Of a stretch of DNA of 64,000 nucleotides, positions 34,570 through 48,506 are shown in pieces. Source of the stretch: Escherichia coli. GTDB lineage: Bacteria; Pseudomonadota; Gammaproteobacteria; Enterobacterales; Enterobacteriaceae. Location: assembly GCF_044324875.1 (NCBI RefSeq), contig NZ_CP172185.1. One strand, given 5' to 3'. Under the pieces are notes generated by a model, which was given only the letters and a program-made list of their open reading frames with translations, was not told where the DNA came from and searched no databases. Made by a program: the position numbers and the translations under genes. How positions within the stretch are numbered: position 1 is the first letter of the stretch; the number at the start of each line of letters is the position of its first letter.

Positions 34570-35778
34570 ATGACACCTTCAAATTATCAGCGTACCCGCT
34601 GGTTGACACTCATCGGTACTATCATTACCCAGTTTGCCCTTGGGTCGGTTTATACCTGGAGCCTGTTTAACGGCGCGCTTTCTGCCAAGCTGGATGCGCC
34701 GGTAAGCCAGGTCGCTTTCTCTTTCGGCTTGTTAAGTCTGGGGCTGGCAATTTCATCTTCTGTTGCGGGGAAATTACAGGAACGTTTTGGCGTTAAACGC
34801 GTCACTATGGCTTCCGGCATTTTGCTGGGATTAGGCTTCTTCCTGACAGCGCATTCTGACAACCTGATGATGCTGTGGTTAAGCGCCGGTGTGCTGGTCG
34901 GTCTGGCGGATGGCGCGGGTTACCTGCTGACGCTCTCTAACTGCGTGAAGTGGTTCCCGGAGCGTAAAGGTCTGATCTCCGCGTTCGCTATCGGTTCTTA
35001 TGGTCTGGGTAGCCTGGGTTTCAAATTTATCGACACGCAGCTGCTGGAAACGGTGGGTCTGGAAAAAACATTTGTGATTTGGGGAGCGATTGCGCTGGTG
35101 ATGATTGTTTTCGGCGCAACGTTAATGAAAGACGCACCAAAACAGGAAGTGAAAACCAGCAATGGTGTCGTGGAGAAAGATTACACGCTGGCAGAGTCGA
35201 TGCGTAAACCGCAGTACTGGATGTTAGCGGTAATGTTCCTGACTGCCTGCATGAGCGGCCTGTACGTGATTGGGGTAGCGAAAGATATCGCACAAAGTCT
35301 GGCACACCTTGATGTGGTTTCCGCAGCCAATGCAGTCACTGTTATTTCCATCGCCAACCTTTCAGGTCGTCTGGTTCTGGGGATACTGTCTGACAAAATC
35401 GCCCGAATCCGTGTTATCACCATTGGTCAGGTGATTTCGCTGGTGGGTATGGCGGCCCTGCTGTTTGCACCATTGAATGCAGTGACGTTCTTTGCAGCGA
35501 TTGCCTGCGTGGCGTTTAACTTTGGCGGCACTATCACGGTGTTCCCGTCACTGGTCAGTGAGTTCTTCGGCCTCAATAACCTGGCGAAAAACTACGGTGT
35601 GATTTATCTCGGTTTCGGTATCGGCAGCATTTGTGGGTCGATTATCGCCTCACTGTTTGGCGGCTTCTATGTGACCTTCTACGTGATTTTCGCCCTGCTG
35701 ATTCTGTCACTGGCGCTCTCTACGACGATTCGTCAGCCAGAGCAGAAAATGTTGCGTGAGGCGCATGGCTCCCTTTAA
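34570..35778 (+). CDS. yhjX: MFS transporter (pyruvate-inducible)
   Basis: 402 aa from MTPSNYQRTRWLTLIGTIITQFALGSVYTWSLFNG…; 12-TM MFS pattern. Confidence 0.9.
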   Translation: MTPSNYQRTRWLTLIGTIITQFALGSVYTWSLFNGALSAKLDAPVSQVAFSFGLLSLGLAISSSVAGKLQERFGVKRVTMASGILLGLGFFLTAHSDNLMMLWLSAGVLVGLADGAGYLLTLSNCVKWFPERKGLISAFAIGSYGLGSLGFKFIDTQLLETVGLEKTFVIWGAIALVMIVFGATLMKDAPKQEVKTSNGVVEKDYTLAESMRKPQYWMLAVMFLTACMSGLYVIGVAKDIAQSLAHLDVVSAANAVTVISIANLSGRLVLGILSDKIARIRVITIGQVISLVGMAALLFAPLNAVTFFAAIACVAFNFGGTITVFPSLVSEFFGLNNLAKNYGVIYLGFGIGSICGSIIASLFGGFYVTFYVIFALLILSLALSTTIRQPEQKMLREAHGSL

Positions 35779-35862
35779 TCATCTGCCGCGAGCTACTGGG
35801 CTTTAGCCTTAGTGTGAATCAAACGCTTCAACGCAATGTATAAACAATGACGCGTAAAATTT

Positions 35863-35886
35863 GGGCCAGTTAACTGGCCCTTTTTA
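35863..35886 (+). terminator. rho-independent terminator of yhjX
   Basis: gggccagttaactggccc followed by ttttt. Confidence 0.7.
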
Positions 35887-36101
35887 CTGCTTTTTGTAAC
35901 GCTAAAGTCTCTTTTCAAACTTGCATTTTTGTAAATTTGTGCTTCGTGCACACTCTTTCCCCACACTTTTTCCCTTTGCTGTGGTCTACTTATTCGCGCG
36001 TGTAGATTTTACTTATCTGACTACCTCCGCACTTTTCCCCTGCCTGGCCTGAAAAGCCATTAAGCAGGGTGTTATCACCTGTTTGTCCAGGGTTTGTTTG
36101 C

Positions 36102-37793
36102 ATGAGATACATCAAATCGATTACACAGCAGAAGCTGAGCTTTTTGCTTGCAATCTATATTGGCCTTTTTATGAATGGCGCGGTTTTTTACCGCCGCTTC
36201 GGCAGCTATGCGCACGATTTTACCGTCTGGAAAGGCATTTCTGCTGTTGTTGAACTGGCCGCCACCGTACTGGTGACCTTCTTTTTACTACGTCTTCTTT
36301 CGCTGTTTGGCCGCCGTAGCTGGCGTATTCTGGCGTCGCTGGTGGTGCTCTTTTCCGCAGGTGCCAGCTATTACATGACCTTCCTTAATGTGGTCATTGG
36401 TTATGGCATCATCGCTTCCGTCATGACCACCGATATCGACCTGTCAAAAGAAGTTGTTGGTCTGAACTTTATTCTCTGGTTAATCGCCGTAAGCGCATTG
36501 CCTCTTATCCTTATCTGGAATAACCGCTGTCGTTACACCTTGCTCCGACAGCTGCGAACCCCAGGGCAACGTCTTCGCAGCCTGGCGGTCGTCGTGCTGG
36601 CAGGTATTATGGTTTGGGCACCGATTCGTTTGCTGGATATCCAGCAGAAGAAAGTGGAGAGGGCGACCGGTGTTGATTTGCCCAGCTATGGCGGCGTCGT
36701 AGCGAACTCTTATCTGCCATCAAACTGGCTTTCGGCATTGGGGCTGTATGCCTGGGCGCGGGTAGATGAATCTTCCGATAACAATTCATTGCTTAACCCG
36801 GCGAAGAAATTCACTTACCAGGCACCGCAAAATGTTGATGACACTTATGTCGTGTTTATCATTGGTGAAACCACGCGTTGGGATCATATGGGCATTTTCG
36901 GCTATGAACGTAACACCACACCGAAGCTGGCCCAGGAGAAAAATCTGGCAGCGTTCCGTGGTTACTCCTGTGATACCGCAACCAAACTCTCACTGCGTTG
37001 CATGTTTGTACGTCAGGGGGGCGCGGAAGATAATCCGCAGCGCACATTAAAAGAACAGAACATTTTCGCGGTATTGAAGCAGTTAGGATTCAGTTCTGAT
37101 CTCTACGCTATGCAAAGCGAAATGTGGTTCTACAGCAACACGATGGCAGACAACATTGCTTATCGTGAGCAGATTGGTGCGGAGCCACGTAATCGTGGCA
37201 AGCCGGTAGATGATATGTTGCTGGTAGACGAAATGCAGCAATCGCTGGGGCGCAACCCGGATGGTAAGCATCTGATCATTCTGCATACCAAAGGTTCGCA
37301 CTTTAACTACACCCAGCGTTACCCGCGCAGCTTCGCGCAGTGGAAGCCGGAATGTATTGGTGTTGATAGCGGCTGTACCAAAGCGCAGATGATCAACTCC
37401 TACGACAACTCGGTGACCTATGTGGATCACTTTATCTCCAGCGTGATTGATCAGGTTCGCGATAAGAAAGCGATTGTGTTCTACGCAGCTGACCACGGTG
37501 AATCAATTAATGAACGCGAGCACCTGCACGGCACGCCGCGTGAACTGGCACCGCCGGAGCAGTTCCGCGTGCCGATGATGGTCTGGATGTCAGAAAAATA
37601 TCTGGAAAATCCGGTCAATGCGCAGGCATTTGCGCAGCTGAAAAAAGAAGCCGACATGAAAGTGCCACGCCGTCACGTAGAGCTGTACGACACCATCATG
37701 GGTTGTCTTGGCTATACTTCACCGGATGGTGGAATTAACGAAAACAACAACTGGTGTCACATCCCGCAGGCAAAAGAGGCAGCGGCTAACTAA
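36102..37793 (+). CDS. eptB: Kdo2-lipid A phosphoethanolamine transferase
   Basis: 563 aa from [30 protein letters not shown]…; N-terminal TM region plus sulfatase-type domain. Confidence 0.92.
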   Translation: MRYIKSITQQKLSFLLAIYIGLFMNGAVFYRRFGSYAHDFTVWKGISAVVELAATVLVTFFLLRLLSLFGRRSWRILASLVVLFSAGASYYMTFLNVVIGYGIIASVMTTDIDLSKEVVGLNFILWLIAVSALPLILIWNNRCRYTLLRQLRTPGQRLRSLAVVVLAGIMVWAPIRLLDIQQKKVERATGVDLPSYGGVVANSYLPSNWLSALGLYAWARVDESSDNNSLLNPAKKFTYQAPQNVDDTYVVFIIGETTRWDHMGIFGYERNTTPKLAQEKNLAAFRGYSCDTATKLSLRCMFVRQGGAEDNPQRTLKEQNIFAVLKQLGFSSDLYAMQSEMWFYSNTMADNIAYREQIGAEPRNRGKPVDDMLLVDEMQQSLGRNPDGKHLIILHTKGSHFNYTQRYPRSFAQWKPECIGVDSGCTKAQMINSYDNSVTYVDHFISSVIDQVRDKKAIVFYAADHGESINEREHLHGTPRELAPPEQFRVPMMVWMSEKYLENPVNAQAFAQLKKEADMKVPRRHVELYDTIMGCLGYTSPDGGINENNNWCHIPQAKEAAAN

Positions 37794-37884
37794 GCGGCCT
37801 GCTGACTTTCTCGCCGATCAAAAGGCATTTTGCTATTAAGGGATTGACGAGGGCGTATCTGCGCAGTAAGATGCGCCCCGCATT

Positions 37885-37961
<77 letters not shown>

Positions 37962-37965
37962 AATT

Positions 37966-37996
37966 CGAAAAGCCTGCTCAGCGAGCAGGCTTTTTT
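37966..37996 (+). terminator. rho-independent terminator of proK
   Basis: aaaagcctgctcagcgagcaggctttttt: perfect stem plus U-run, 5 nt after the tRNA. Confidence 0.85.
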
Positions 37997-38051
37997 GCAT
38001 TTGTAGCTCATGAGGATGAGAACTTCCGGGGGCAGGGAGGTTCGACTCGAC

Positions 38052-39400
<1,349 letters not shown>

Positions 39401-39971
39401 CCTACACACCACACATTTCCCTGCCAAATTTGCGCCCCATATCTCACTATCCATTAACGGATTTGTGACAGAAACCATTGTCTTTTTTTATATTTGCTTA
39501 AATCTTTTTTTGCGTTACTTATGACTGGCGCTGGCATTTTCCGCTGTGCGTTTTAGCGTTCATGGTATTAATCGCTCAGATATCCACCTTTTCCTCAGAT
39601 TTTTTTCACTAAATGCATAAAACTTAATCACCAAATGTTGCTAAATATTAAGCTGATTGTTCTGGTCATGTTGGAGTAGCACAAATTTCTCTGCTGCAAA
39701 TAGCGGTTTGAAGTTTTTTTAATCTTTGTTTGTGGATTCTCACCGTTGGTGTAAATCCCGGTTGGCTGTATTGACGTTTTCACATTCTGTTGACAGATTG
39801 TAGGTCACGAGGGGCATTTTATGGAGGATCCGCACTGTTACACTGATGTTAATTAGTACGGCATCCCCACCTCATAACGTTGACCCGACCGGGCAAAAAA
39901 CAAAAAAGGTCAGGCGGCGACAACCCACTGCAAAGGGTTAAAACAACAAACATCACAATTGGAGCAGAATA

Positions 39972-41579
39972 ATGCGTATTTCCTTGAAAAAGTCAGGGAT
40001 GCTGAAGCTTGGTCTCAGCCTGGTGGCTATGACCGTCGCAGCAAGTGTTCAGGCTAAAACTCTGGTTTATTGCTCAGAAGGATCTCCGGAAGGGTTTAAC
40101 CCGCAGCTGTTTACCTCCGGTACCACCTATGACGCCTCTTCCGTGCCGCTTTATAACCGCCTGGTTGAATTTAAAATCGGCACCACCGAAGTAATCCCGG
40201 GCCTCGCTGAAAAGTGGGAAGTCAGCGAAGACGGAAAAACCTATACCTTCCATCTGCGTAAAGGTGTGAAGTGGCACGACAACAAAGAATTCAAACCGAC
40301 GCGCGAACTGAACGCCGATGACGTGGTGTTCTCGTTCGATCGTCAGAAAAACGCGCAAAACCCGTACCATAAAGTCTCTGGCGGCAGCTACGAATACTTC
40401 GAAGGCATGGGCTTGCCGGAGCTGATCAGCGAAGTGAAAAAGGTGGACGATAACACCGTTCAGTTCGTGCTGACTCGCCCGGAAGCGCCGTTCCTCGCTG
40501 ACCTGGCAATGGACTTCGCCTCTATTCTGTCAAAAGAATATGCTGACGCGATGATGAAAGCCGGTACGCCGGAAAAACTGGACCTCAACCCAATCGGCAC
40601 CGGTCCGTTCCAGTTACAGCAGTATCAAAAAGATTCCCGTATCCGCTACAAAGCATTTGATGGCTACTGGGGCACCAAACCGCAGATCGATACGCTGGTC
40701 TTCTCTATTACTCCTGACGCTTCCGTGCGTTACGCTAAATTGCAGAAGAACGAATGCCAGGTGATGCCGTACCCAAACCCGGCAGACATCGCTCGCATGA
40801 AGCAGGATAAATCCATCAACCTGATGGAAATGCCGGGGCTTAACGTCGGCTATCTTTCATATAACGTGCAGAAAAAACCACTTGATGACGTGAAAGTTCG
40901 CCAGGCTCTGACCTACGCGGTGAACAAAGACGCTATCATCAAAGCGGTTTATCAGGGCGCGGGCGTGGCAGCGAAAAACCTGATCCCGCCAACCATGTGG
41001 GGCTATAACGACGACGTTCAGGACTACACCTACGATCCTGAAAAAGCGAAAGCCTTGCTGAAAGAAGCGGGCCTGGAAAAAGGCTTCTCCATCGACCTGT
41101 GGGCGATGCCGGTACAGCGTCCGTATAACCCGAACGCTCGCCGCATGGCGGAGATGATCCAGGCTGACTGGGCGAAAGTGGGCGTACAGGCCAAAATCGT
41201 CACCTACGAATGGGGTGAGTACCTCAAGCGCGCGAAAGATGGCGAGCATCAGACGGTAATGATGGGCTGGACTGGCGACAACGGGGATCCGGATAACTTC
41301 TTCGCCACCCTGTTCAGCTGCGCTGCTTCTGAACAAGGTTCCAACTACTCAAAATGGTGCTACAAGCCGTTTGAAGATCTGATTCAACCGGCACGTGCTA
41401 CTGACGACCACAACAAGCGTATTGAGCTGTATAAGCAAGCACAGGTGGTGATGCACGATCAGGCTCCGGCACTGATCATCGCTCACTCCACCGTGTTTGA
41501 ACCGGTACGCAAAGAAGTTAAAGGCTATGTGGTTGATCCATTAGGCAAACATCACTTCGAAAACGTCTCTATCGAATAA
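39972..41579 (+). CDS. dppA: dipeptide ABC transporter periplasmic binding protein
   Basis: 535-aa ORF with signal peptide MRISLKKSGMLKLGLSLVAMTVAASVQA; preceded by a long (about 570 bp) non-coding leader/promoter region. Confidence 0.95.
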   Translation: MRISLKKSGMLKLGLSLVAMTVAASVQAKTLVYCSEGSPEGFNPQLFTSGTTYDASSVPLYNRLVEFKIGTTEVIPGLAEKWEVSEDGKTYTFHLRKGVKWHDNKEFKPTRELNADDVVFSFDRQKNAQNPYHKVSGGSYEYFEGMGLPELISEVKKVDDNTVQFVLTRPEAPFLADLAMDFASILSKEYADAMMKAGTPEKLDLNPIGTGPFQLQQYQKDSRIRYKAFDGYWGTKPQIDTLVFSITPDASVRYAKLQKNECQVMPYPNPADIARMKQDKSINLMEMPGLNVGYLSYNVQKKPLDDVKVRQALTYAVNKDAIIKAVYQGAGVAAKNLIPPTMWGYNDDVQDYTYDPEKAKALLKEAGLEKGFSIDLWAMPVQRPYNPNARRMAEMIQADWAKVGVQAKIVTYEWGEYLKRAKDGEHQTVMMGWTGDNGDPDNFFATLFSCAASEQGSNYSKWCYKPFEDLIQPARATDDHNKRIELYKQAQVVMHDQAPALIIAHSTVFEPVRKEVKGYVVDPLGKHHFENVSIE

Positions 41580-41729
41580 TTAAAAGCCATACCCGGTGGC
41601 GCTGTGCCTCTGCGTGCAGCGCCATCCGGCAGCAATACTTCATTCCCTGCCCGACCTGGGCGGGAATTGATTTGTGAGCAATACAGACACGCAGTTCCAG
41701 GCTGCGGGTCACTACAGAGAATCCGGGTT

Positions 41730-42749
41730 ATGTTGCAGTTTATTCTCCGACGTTTGGGACTCGTCATCCCCACGTTTATCGGTATTACCCTTCTCACATT
41801 TGCCTTTGTCCACATGATCCCGGGCGATCCGGTGATGATCATGGCGGGCGAGCGTGGGATCTCCCCAGAGCGTCACGCGCAGCTGCTGGCTGAACTCGGC
41901 TTAGATAAACCGATGTGGCAGCAGTATCTCCATTACATTTGGGGCGTTATGCATGGCGATCTAGGCATTTCAATGAAAAGCCGCATCCCGGTTTGGGAAG
42001 AGTTCGTGCCGCGCTTTCAGGCCACGCTGGAGCTTGGTGTCTGCGCGATGATTTTTGCGACGGCGGTCGGCATTCCGGTTGGTGTGCTGGCTGCGGTTAA
42101 ACGCGGTTCCATTTTCGATCACACGGCGGTTGGCCTGGCGCTGACAGGTTATTCAATGCCTATCTTCTGGTGGGGCATGATGCTGATCATGCTGGTTTCG
42201 GTGCACTGGAACCTGACGCCCGTCTCCGGTCGCGTGAGCGACATGGTGTTCCTCGATGATTCCAATCCGTTAACCGGTTTTATGCTGATCGACACCGCCA
42301 TCTGGGGTGAAGACGGTAACTTTATCGATGCCGTCGCCCATATGATCTTGCCCGCCATTGTGCTGGGTACTATCCCGCTGGCGGTCATTGTGCGTATGAC
42401 ACGCTCCTCGATGCTGGAAGTGCTGGGTGAAGATTATATCCGCACCGCGCGCGCCAAAGGGTTGACCCGCATGCGGGTGATTATCGTCCATGCGCTGCGT
42501 AACGCGATGCTGCCGGTAGTGACCGTTATCGGCCTCCAGGTGGGAACATTGCTGGCGGGGGCGATTCTGACCGAAACCATCTTCTCGTGGCCCGGTCTGG
42601 GGCGCTGGTTGATTGACGCACTGCAACGCCGCGACTATCCGGTAGTGCAGGGCGGCGTATTGCTGGTGGCGACGATGATTATCCTCGTCAACTTGCTGGT
42701 CGATCTGCTGTACGGCGTGGTGAACCCGCGTATTCGTCATAAGAAGTAA
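41730..42749 (+). CDS. dppB: dipeptide ABC transporter permease
   Basis: 339 aa from MLQFILRRLGLVIPTFIGITLLTFAFVHMIPGDP…. Confidence 0.93.
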   Translation: MLQFILRRLGLVIPTFIGITLLTFAFVHMIPGDPVMIMAGERGISPERHAQLLAELGLDKPMWQQYLHYIWGVMHGDLGISMKSRIPVWEEFVPRFQATLELGVCAMIFATAVGIPVGVLAAVKRGSIFDHTAVGLALTGYSMPIFWWGMMLIMLVSVHWNLTPVSGRVSDMVFLDDSNPLTGFMLIDTAIWGEDGNFIDAVAHMILPAIVLGTIPLAVIVRMTRSSMLEVLGEDYIRTARAKGLTRMRVIIVHALRNAMLPVVTVIGLQVGTLLAGAILTETIFSWPGLGRWLIDALQRRDYPVVQGGVLLVATMIILVNLLVDLLYGVVNPRIRHKK

Positions 42750-42758
42750 GGGGACATC

Positions 42759-43661
42759 ATGTCACAGGTTACTGAAAATAAAGTGATTAGCGCACCGGTG
42801 CCGATGACCCCGTTACAGGAGTTCTGGCACTATTTTAAACGCAACAAAGGCGCGGTCGTCGGGCTGGTTTACGTCGTCATCGTGCTGTTTATCGCGATCT
42901 TTGCCAACTGGATTGCACCCTATAACCCGGCGGAACAGTTCCGCGATGCACTGCTCGCCCCGCCAGCCTGGCAGGAAGGCGGCAGCATGGCGCACTTGCT
43001 GGGCACCGATGACGTAGGCCGTGATGTGCTGTCGCGTCTGATGTACGGTGCGCGATTGTCACTGCTGGTTGGCTGTCTGGTAGTTGTGTTATCGCTGATT
43101 ATGGGCGTTATTCTCGGCCTGATCGCCGGTTACTTCGGAGGCCTGGTCGATAACATCATCATGCGCGTGGTCGATATCATGCTGGCGCTGCCAAGTCTGC
43201 TGTTGGCACTGGTGCTGGTGGCGATTTTCGGCCCGTCGATTGGTAACGCCGCGCTGGCGCTAACCTTCGTTGCCTTGCCGCACTATGTGCGCTTAACCCG
43301 CGCCGCCGTGCTGGTGGAGGTGAATCGCGATTACGTTACCGCGTCTCGCGTGGCAGGTGCCGGGGCGATGCGTCAGATGTTTATTAACATCTTCCCGAAC
43401 TGCCTTGCGCCTCTGATTGTTCAGGCGTCGCTCGGTTTCTCTAACGCCATTCTCGATATGGCTGCTCTTGGTTTCCTCGGCATGGGGGCGCAGCCGCCAA
43501 CGCCGGAGTGGGGCACCATGCTCTCCGACGTGTTGCAGTTCGCGCAAAGCGCCTGGTGGGTCGTGACCTTCCCGGGTCTGGCGATCCTGCTGACGGTGCT
43601 GGCATTTAACCTGATGGGTGACGGTCTGCGTGACGCGCTCGATCCCAAACTGAAGCAGTAA
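42759..43661 (+). CDS. dppC: dipeptide ABC transporter permease
   Basis: 300-aa membrane ORF, 9 bp after dppB. Confidence 0.93.
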
Positions 43662-43671
43662 GAGGTTCGAG

Positions 43672-44655
43672 ATGGCGTTATTAAATGTAGATAAATTATC
43701 GGTGCATTTCGGCGACGAAAGCGCACCGTTCCGCGCCGTAGACCGCATCAGCTACAGCGTAAAACAGGGCGAAGTGGTCGGGATTGTGGGTGAGTCCGGC
43801 TCTGGTAAATCGGTCAGTTCGCTGGCGATTATGGGGCTGATTGATTATCCGGGCCGCGTAATGGCGGAAAAGCTGGAGTTTAACGGTCAGGATTTACAGC
43901 GTATCTCAGAAAAAGAGCGCCGCAACCTGGTGGGTGCCGAAGTGGCGATGATCTTCCAGGACCCGATGACCAGCCTTAACCCGTGCTACACCGTGGGTTT
44001 CCAGATTATGGAAGCGATTAAGGTGCATCAGGGCGGCAACAAAAGTACCCGCCGTCAGCGGGCGATTGACCTGCTGAATCAGGTCGGTATTCCCGATCCG
44101 GCATCGCGTCTGGATGTTTACCCGCATCAGCTTTCCGGCGGCATGAGCCAGCGCGTGATGATCGCCATGGCGATTGCCTGTCGGCCAAAGCTGCTGATTG
44201 CCGATGAACCAACCACTGCGCTGGACGTGACCATTCAGGCGCAAATCATCGAACTGTTGCTGGAGCTACAGCAGAAAGAGAACATGGCGCTGGTGTTAAT
44301 TACCCATGACCTGGCGCTGGTGGCGGAAGCGGCACATAAAATCATCGTGATGTATGCAGGCCAGGTGGTGGAAACGGGCGATGCCCACGCCATCTTCCAT
44401 GCGCCGCGTCATCCATATACTCAGGCATTGCTGCGTGCGCTGCCGGAATTTGCTCAGGACAAAGAACGTCTGGCGTCGTTGCCAGGTGTCGTTCCCGGTA
44501 AGTACGACCGCCCGAACGGCTGCCTGCTTAACCCGCGCTGCCCCTATGCCACTGACAGATGTCGCGCTGAAGAACCGGCGCTGAATATGCTCGCTGACGG
44601 GCGTCAGTCCAAATGCCATTACCCACTTGATGATGCCGGGAGGCCGACACTATGA
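43672..44655 (+). CDS. dppD: dipeptide ABC transporter ATP-binding protein
   Basis: 327-aa ABC ATPase ([16 protein letters not shown]). Confidence 0.93.
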
Positions 44656-45656
44656 GTACGCAAGAGGCCACCTCGCAACAACCGCTGTTGCAGGCTATCG
44701 ACCTGAAAAAACATTATCCGGTGAAGAAAGGTATGTTCGCGCCGGAACGTCTGGTGAAGGCGCTGGATGGCGTTTCGTTTAACCTTGAACGTGGCAAAAC
44801 GCTGGCAGTAGTAGGTGAATCTGGCTGCGGTAAATCGACCCTCGGTCGGTTGCTGACGATGATCGAAATGCCCACCGGTGGTGAGCTGTATTACCAGGGG
44901 CAGGATCTGCTCAAGCACGATCCGCAGGCGCAGAAGCTGCGTCGGCAGAAAATCCAGATTGTCTTCCAGAACCCTTACGGTTCGCTGAATCCACGTAAAA
45001 AAGTCGGGCAAATTCTTGAAGAGCCGCTGCTTATTAATACCAGCTTAAGCAAAGAACAGCGTCGGGAAAAAGCCCTGTCGATGATGGCGAAAGTCGGCCT
45101 GAAAACCGAACATTATGACCGCTATCCGCATATGTTCTCCGGCGGTCAGCGTCAGCGTATCGCCATTGCCCGAGGTCTGATGCTCGACCCGGATGTGGTG
45201 ATTGCCGATGAGCCGGTTTCTGCGCTGGACGTCTCGGTGCGTGCGCAGGTGCTCAACCTGATGATGGATTTGCAGCAGGAGTTGGGGCTTTCTTATGTCT
45301 TTATCTCCCACGACCTGTCGGTTGTGGAGCACATTGCCGATGAAGTGATGGTGATGTACCTGGGCCGCTGCGTGGAGAAGGGAACGAAGGACCAAATCTT
45401 CAATAACCCGCGTCATCCGTACACTCAGGCGCTACTCTCCGCGACGCCGCGCCTGAACCCGGACGATCGCCGCGAGCGCATCAAGCTCACCGGTGAACTG
45501 CCAAGCCCGCTCAATCCACCGCCGGGCTGCGCCTTCAACGCCCGCTGTCGTCGGCGCTTCGGCCCCTGTACCCAGTTGCAGCCGCAGCTAAAAGACTACG
45601 GCGGTCAACTGGTAGCTTGTTTTGCTGTTGATCAGGATGAAAATCCGCAGCGGTAA
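44652..45656 (+). CDS. dppF: dipeptide ABC transporter ATP-binding protein
   Basis: 334-aa ABC ATPase ([17 protein letters not shown]); 4-bp overlap with dppD. Confidence 0.93.
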
Positions 45657-45685
45657 CTCACAAAACCGGGGCCATGCGCTCCGGT

Positions 45686-46957
45686 TTACTCAATCAGCTT
45701 CAACAGTGGCGACAAACATAACAAAATGCCGTACAGCAGAATCAGCCAGGCTTTAAACCCGCGAAGTTTTTCCAGTTGTGCGACTTTATAGATCAGGAAA
45801 AATGGAATGAGGCACGACACAATGCCATATAACGGGCTTCCCAACTGAAAGAACACCAGCACCGATACACGAAACGAAACCCAAATCGTCAACGTAATGA
45901 CGATAAAAGCGCAGATCGCCAGAGTCAGCATGCGTGAGTTAATTTTCTTGGTATCAATAATTCGGCTTAACAGATTGAGAATAATGCCTTTAATGGCCTC
46001 GTGGAAACCGAGATAAATGCCAAAGAATGCGGTCAGTACGGCAAAGATATTCAGCACCGTAGAGGTGATATGAATGATATGCCCAGGGATCACCTGCGCG
46101 GCCAGTGCCAGTGCCGAGATATTTTGTTCAAAGGCAGAAACGGCTTCTTCGTGGCTAATTGAGAAGGTAAACGAAAAGGCAAAAAACAGGATCACCGCAA
46201 TGAGCGTGATATAACTAATTCGGTGGGTACGCAGCGCGAGCCGGGTTGCCAGTACTTTATCCGCTTCCCGTTTACGATAGGCAATATTCATTGGGTTAAG
46301 TACCTGAATAAATACCGCAGAAAAGAAGCAAAAGGGAATGGTAAGCAGGACATCGCGGAAAAAGACGGAGGCTTGCGGGAAGGCGGTTATATTGGTGAAA
46401 TTCCAGTGCGGGATCATCGCAAAACCGAACACGACGATAATCCCTACTTTGACCACCACCATTGGCCCGGAAATCTTAAACAGTAATCGTTCACCACCAG
46501 ACGCAATTGCCACCAGTACGGCGAAAATGGCGACTTTATAAAGTAGAGATTGTGAAAGATCGGCATCGGTTAAACCGAAGGTTTTCAGGTACGAGGCGCT
46601 GTCGAAAACCACGGAGAGAGAGTAGATAAAAATCCCGTGGATAATCATCAAAAAGTAGATAACCCCGAGGAAAATTCCCCAGTTCTTCCCCAGGTAATGA
46701 CTGATAATATCGGTGTAGTCATTACAGGAATCGCTTTCAGAAAGGGTTTTTAAATAAATGTCCTGCACTACCCAGGTGGCAGGATAAGCAATGATCGCTG
46801 CGGTAATAAATACCCAAATTCCCTTCAAGCCAATTTGTACTGGCATCAGCACGGTTCCGGCACCAATCGCCATGCCTATGCATAATAAAACCCAGCCGAA
46901 GTCGTAGCGTGTAAACGGCAATTTCTGATCGTGTTTCGGTAGTGTGTTGTGCTGCAT
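45686..46957 (-). CDS. yhjV: amino-acid (Ser/Trp-type, HAAAP-like) transporter
   Basis: ORF 45686..47020; Met at 46957 gives 423 aa [41 protein letters not shown]…; polytopic. Confidence 0.85.
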   Translation of the reverse strand: MQHNTLPKHDQKLPFTRYDFGWVLLCIGMAIGAGTVLMPVQIGLKGIWVFITAAIIAYPATWVVQDIYLKTLSESDSCNDYTDIISHYLGKNWGIFLGVIYFLMIIHGIFIYSLSVVFDSASYLKTFGLTDADLSQSLLYKVAIFAVLVAIASGGERLLFKISGPMVVVKVGIIVVFGFAMIPHWNFTNITAFPQASVFFRDVLLTIPFCFFSAVFIQVLNPMNIAYRKREADKVLATRLALRTHRISYITLIAVILFFAFSFTFSISHEEAVSAFEQNISALALAAQVIPGHIIHITSTVLNIFAVLTAFFGIYLGFHEAIKGIILNLLSRIIDTKKINSRMLTLAICAFIVITLTIWVSFRVSVLVFFQLGSPLYGIVSCLIPFFLIYKVAQLEKLRGFKAWLILLYGILLCLSPLLKLIE

Positions 46958-47432
46958 AAAGTCCTGTCCAGAAAGAAGTCGGCCTCGCAAAAATGAATAA
47001 ACCCAGTTTCTCTTGCGCAACAGGTGGAGAAGTCGAATACGCAGTATGTAAAAAATGAGGCAACAGATTCACTGGGGAGGTCGCGAGGAGGCGCAATTCT
47101 ACAAAATTGCGCATTTCACTACCAGTCTGGAGTCAGCTCGGATATGAACTGCAACTATTGCAAATAAAGAAATTAAGCTGGAAGGCATCGCGCAATGAGG
47201 AAGATTGCCGGGTGCTGACGGTAAAAAGCAATCGTAAAATCAGCGGCAAGCCGGAAAGGTTCCGGTGAGGCGCAATGTTGCGGGGGCTTAATCCCTGGTG
47301 GCATTGGTTGCTGGAGAGAGAAAACCCCCGCACGTTGCAGGTATGCACCTGACAACACCACGGGGGCCATTCTTGCATCCAAACAATACAAGAATAGCCG
47401 CGAAACGTTGTCATTACAACTCAGGCGGCTAT

Positions 47433-47540
47433 ATGACGCTCGCAGAGCTGGGCATGGCCTTCTGGCATGATTTAGCGGCTCCGGTCATTGCTGGCATTCT
47501 TGCCAGCATGATCGTGAACTGGCTGAATAAGCGGAAGTAA
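47433..47540 (+). CDS. ldrD: Ldr type I toxin peptide (35 aa), copy 1
   Basis: MTLAELGMAFWHDLAAPVIAGILASMIVNWLNKRK; LdrD-type sequence. Confidence 0.8.
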   Translation: MTLAELGMAFWHDLAAPVIAGILASMIVNWLNKRK

Positions 47541-47915
47541 CGTGTCAGACGGGCGTCAGGCTGCCGTAATGGCAATTTGCGCCCGGACCAGGCCGCAGGG
47601 ATAAAACTCTGCGGCCTTTTTCGTAAGAAAAATGCAACGGTTGCAAGCGGATAATATTCTGCTGAATGCACAGCACAGAGTGAAGAAGTGATGGATTTCG
47701 ACGAACAAAAATGGCCGTAGAATCAGCGGCAAGCCGGAAGGGTTCCGGTGAGGCGCAATGTTGCGGGGGCTTAATCCCTGGTGGCATTGGTTGCTGGAGA
47801 GAGAAAACCCCCGCACGTTGCAGGTATGCACCTGACAACACCACGGGGGCCATTCTTGCATCTAGACCATTCAAGAATAGCCGCGAAACGTTGTCATTAC
47901 AACTCAGGCGGCTAT

Positions 47916-48023
47916 ATGACGCTCGCAGAACTGGGCATGGCCTTCTGGCATGATTTAGCGGCTCCGGTCATTGCTGGCATTCTTGCCAGCATGATCGTGA
48001 ACTGGCTGAACAAGCGGAAGTAA
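47916..48023 (+). CDS. Ldr type I toxin peptide (35 aa), copy 2
   Basis: Peptide identical to copy 1, 483 bp downstream. Confidence 0.8.
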   Translation: MTLAELGMAFWHDLAAPVIAGILASMIVNWLNKRK

Positions 48024-48398
48024 CGTGTCAGACGGGCGTCAGGCTGCCGTAATGGCAATTTGCGCCCGGACCAGGCCGCAGAGGTGAAACTCTGCGGCCT
48101 TTTTCGTAAGAAAAATGCAACGGCTGCAAGCGGATAATATTCTGCGGAATGCGCAGCACAGAGTGAAGAAGTGATGGATTTCGGAACAGAAAAACAGTCG
48201 TAGAATCAGCGGCAAGCCGGAAGGGTTCCGGTGAGGCGCAATGTTGCGGGGGCTTAATCCCTGGTGGCATTGGTTGCTGGAGAGAGAAAACCCCCGCACG
48301 TTGCAGGTATTCACCTGACAATATGACGGGGGCCATTCTTGAACCTACACAACTCAAGAATAGCCGCGAAACGTTGTCATTACAACACTGGCGGCTAT

Positions 48399-48506
48399 AT
48401 GACGCTCGCAGAGCTGGGCATGGCCTTCTGGCATGATTTAGCGGCTCCGGTCATTGCTGGCATTCTTGCCAGCATGATCGTGAACTGGCTGAATAAGCGG
48501 AAGTAA
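48399..48506 (+). CDS. Ldr type I toxin peptide (35 aa), copy 3
   Basis: Peptide identical to copy 1 (own translation; not listed in the ORF track because the upstream frame is short). Confidence 0.78.
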   Translation: MTLAELGMAFWHDLAAPVIAGILASMIVNWLNKRK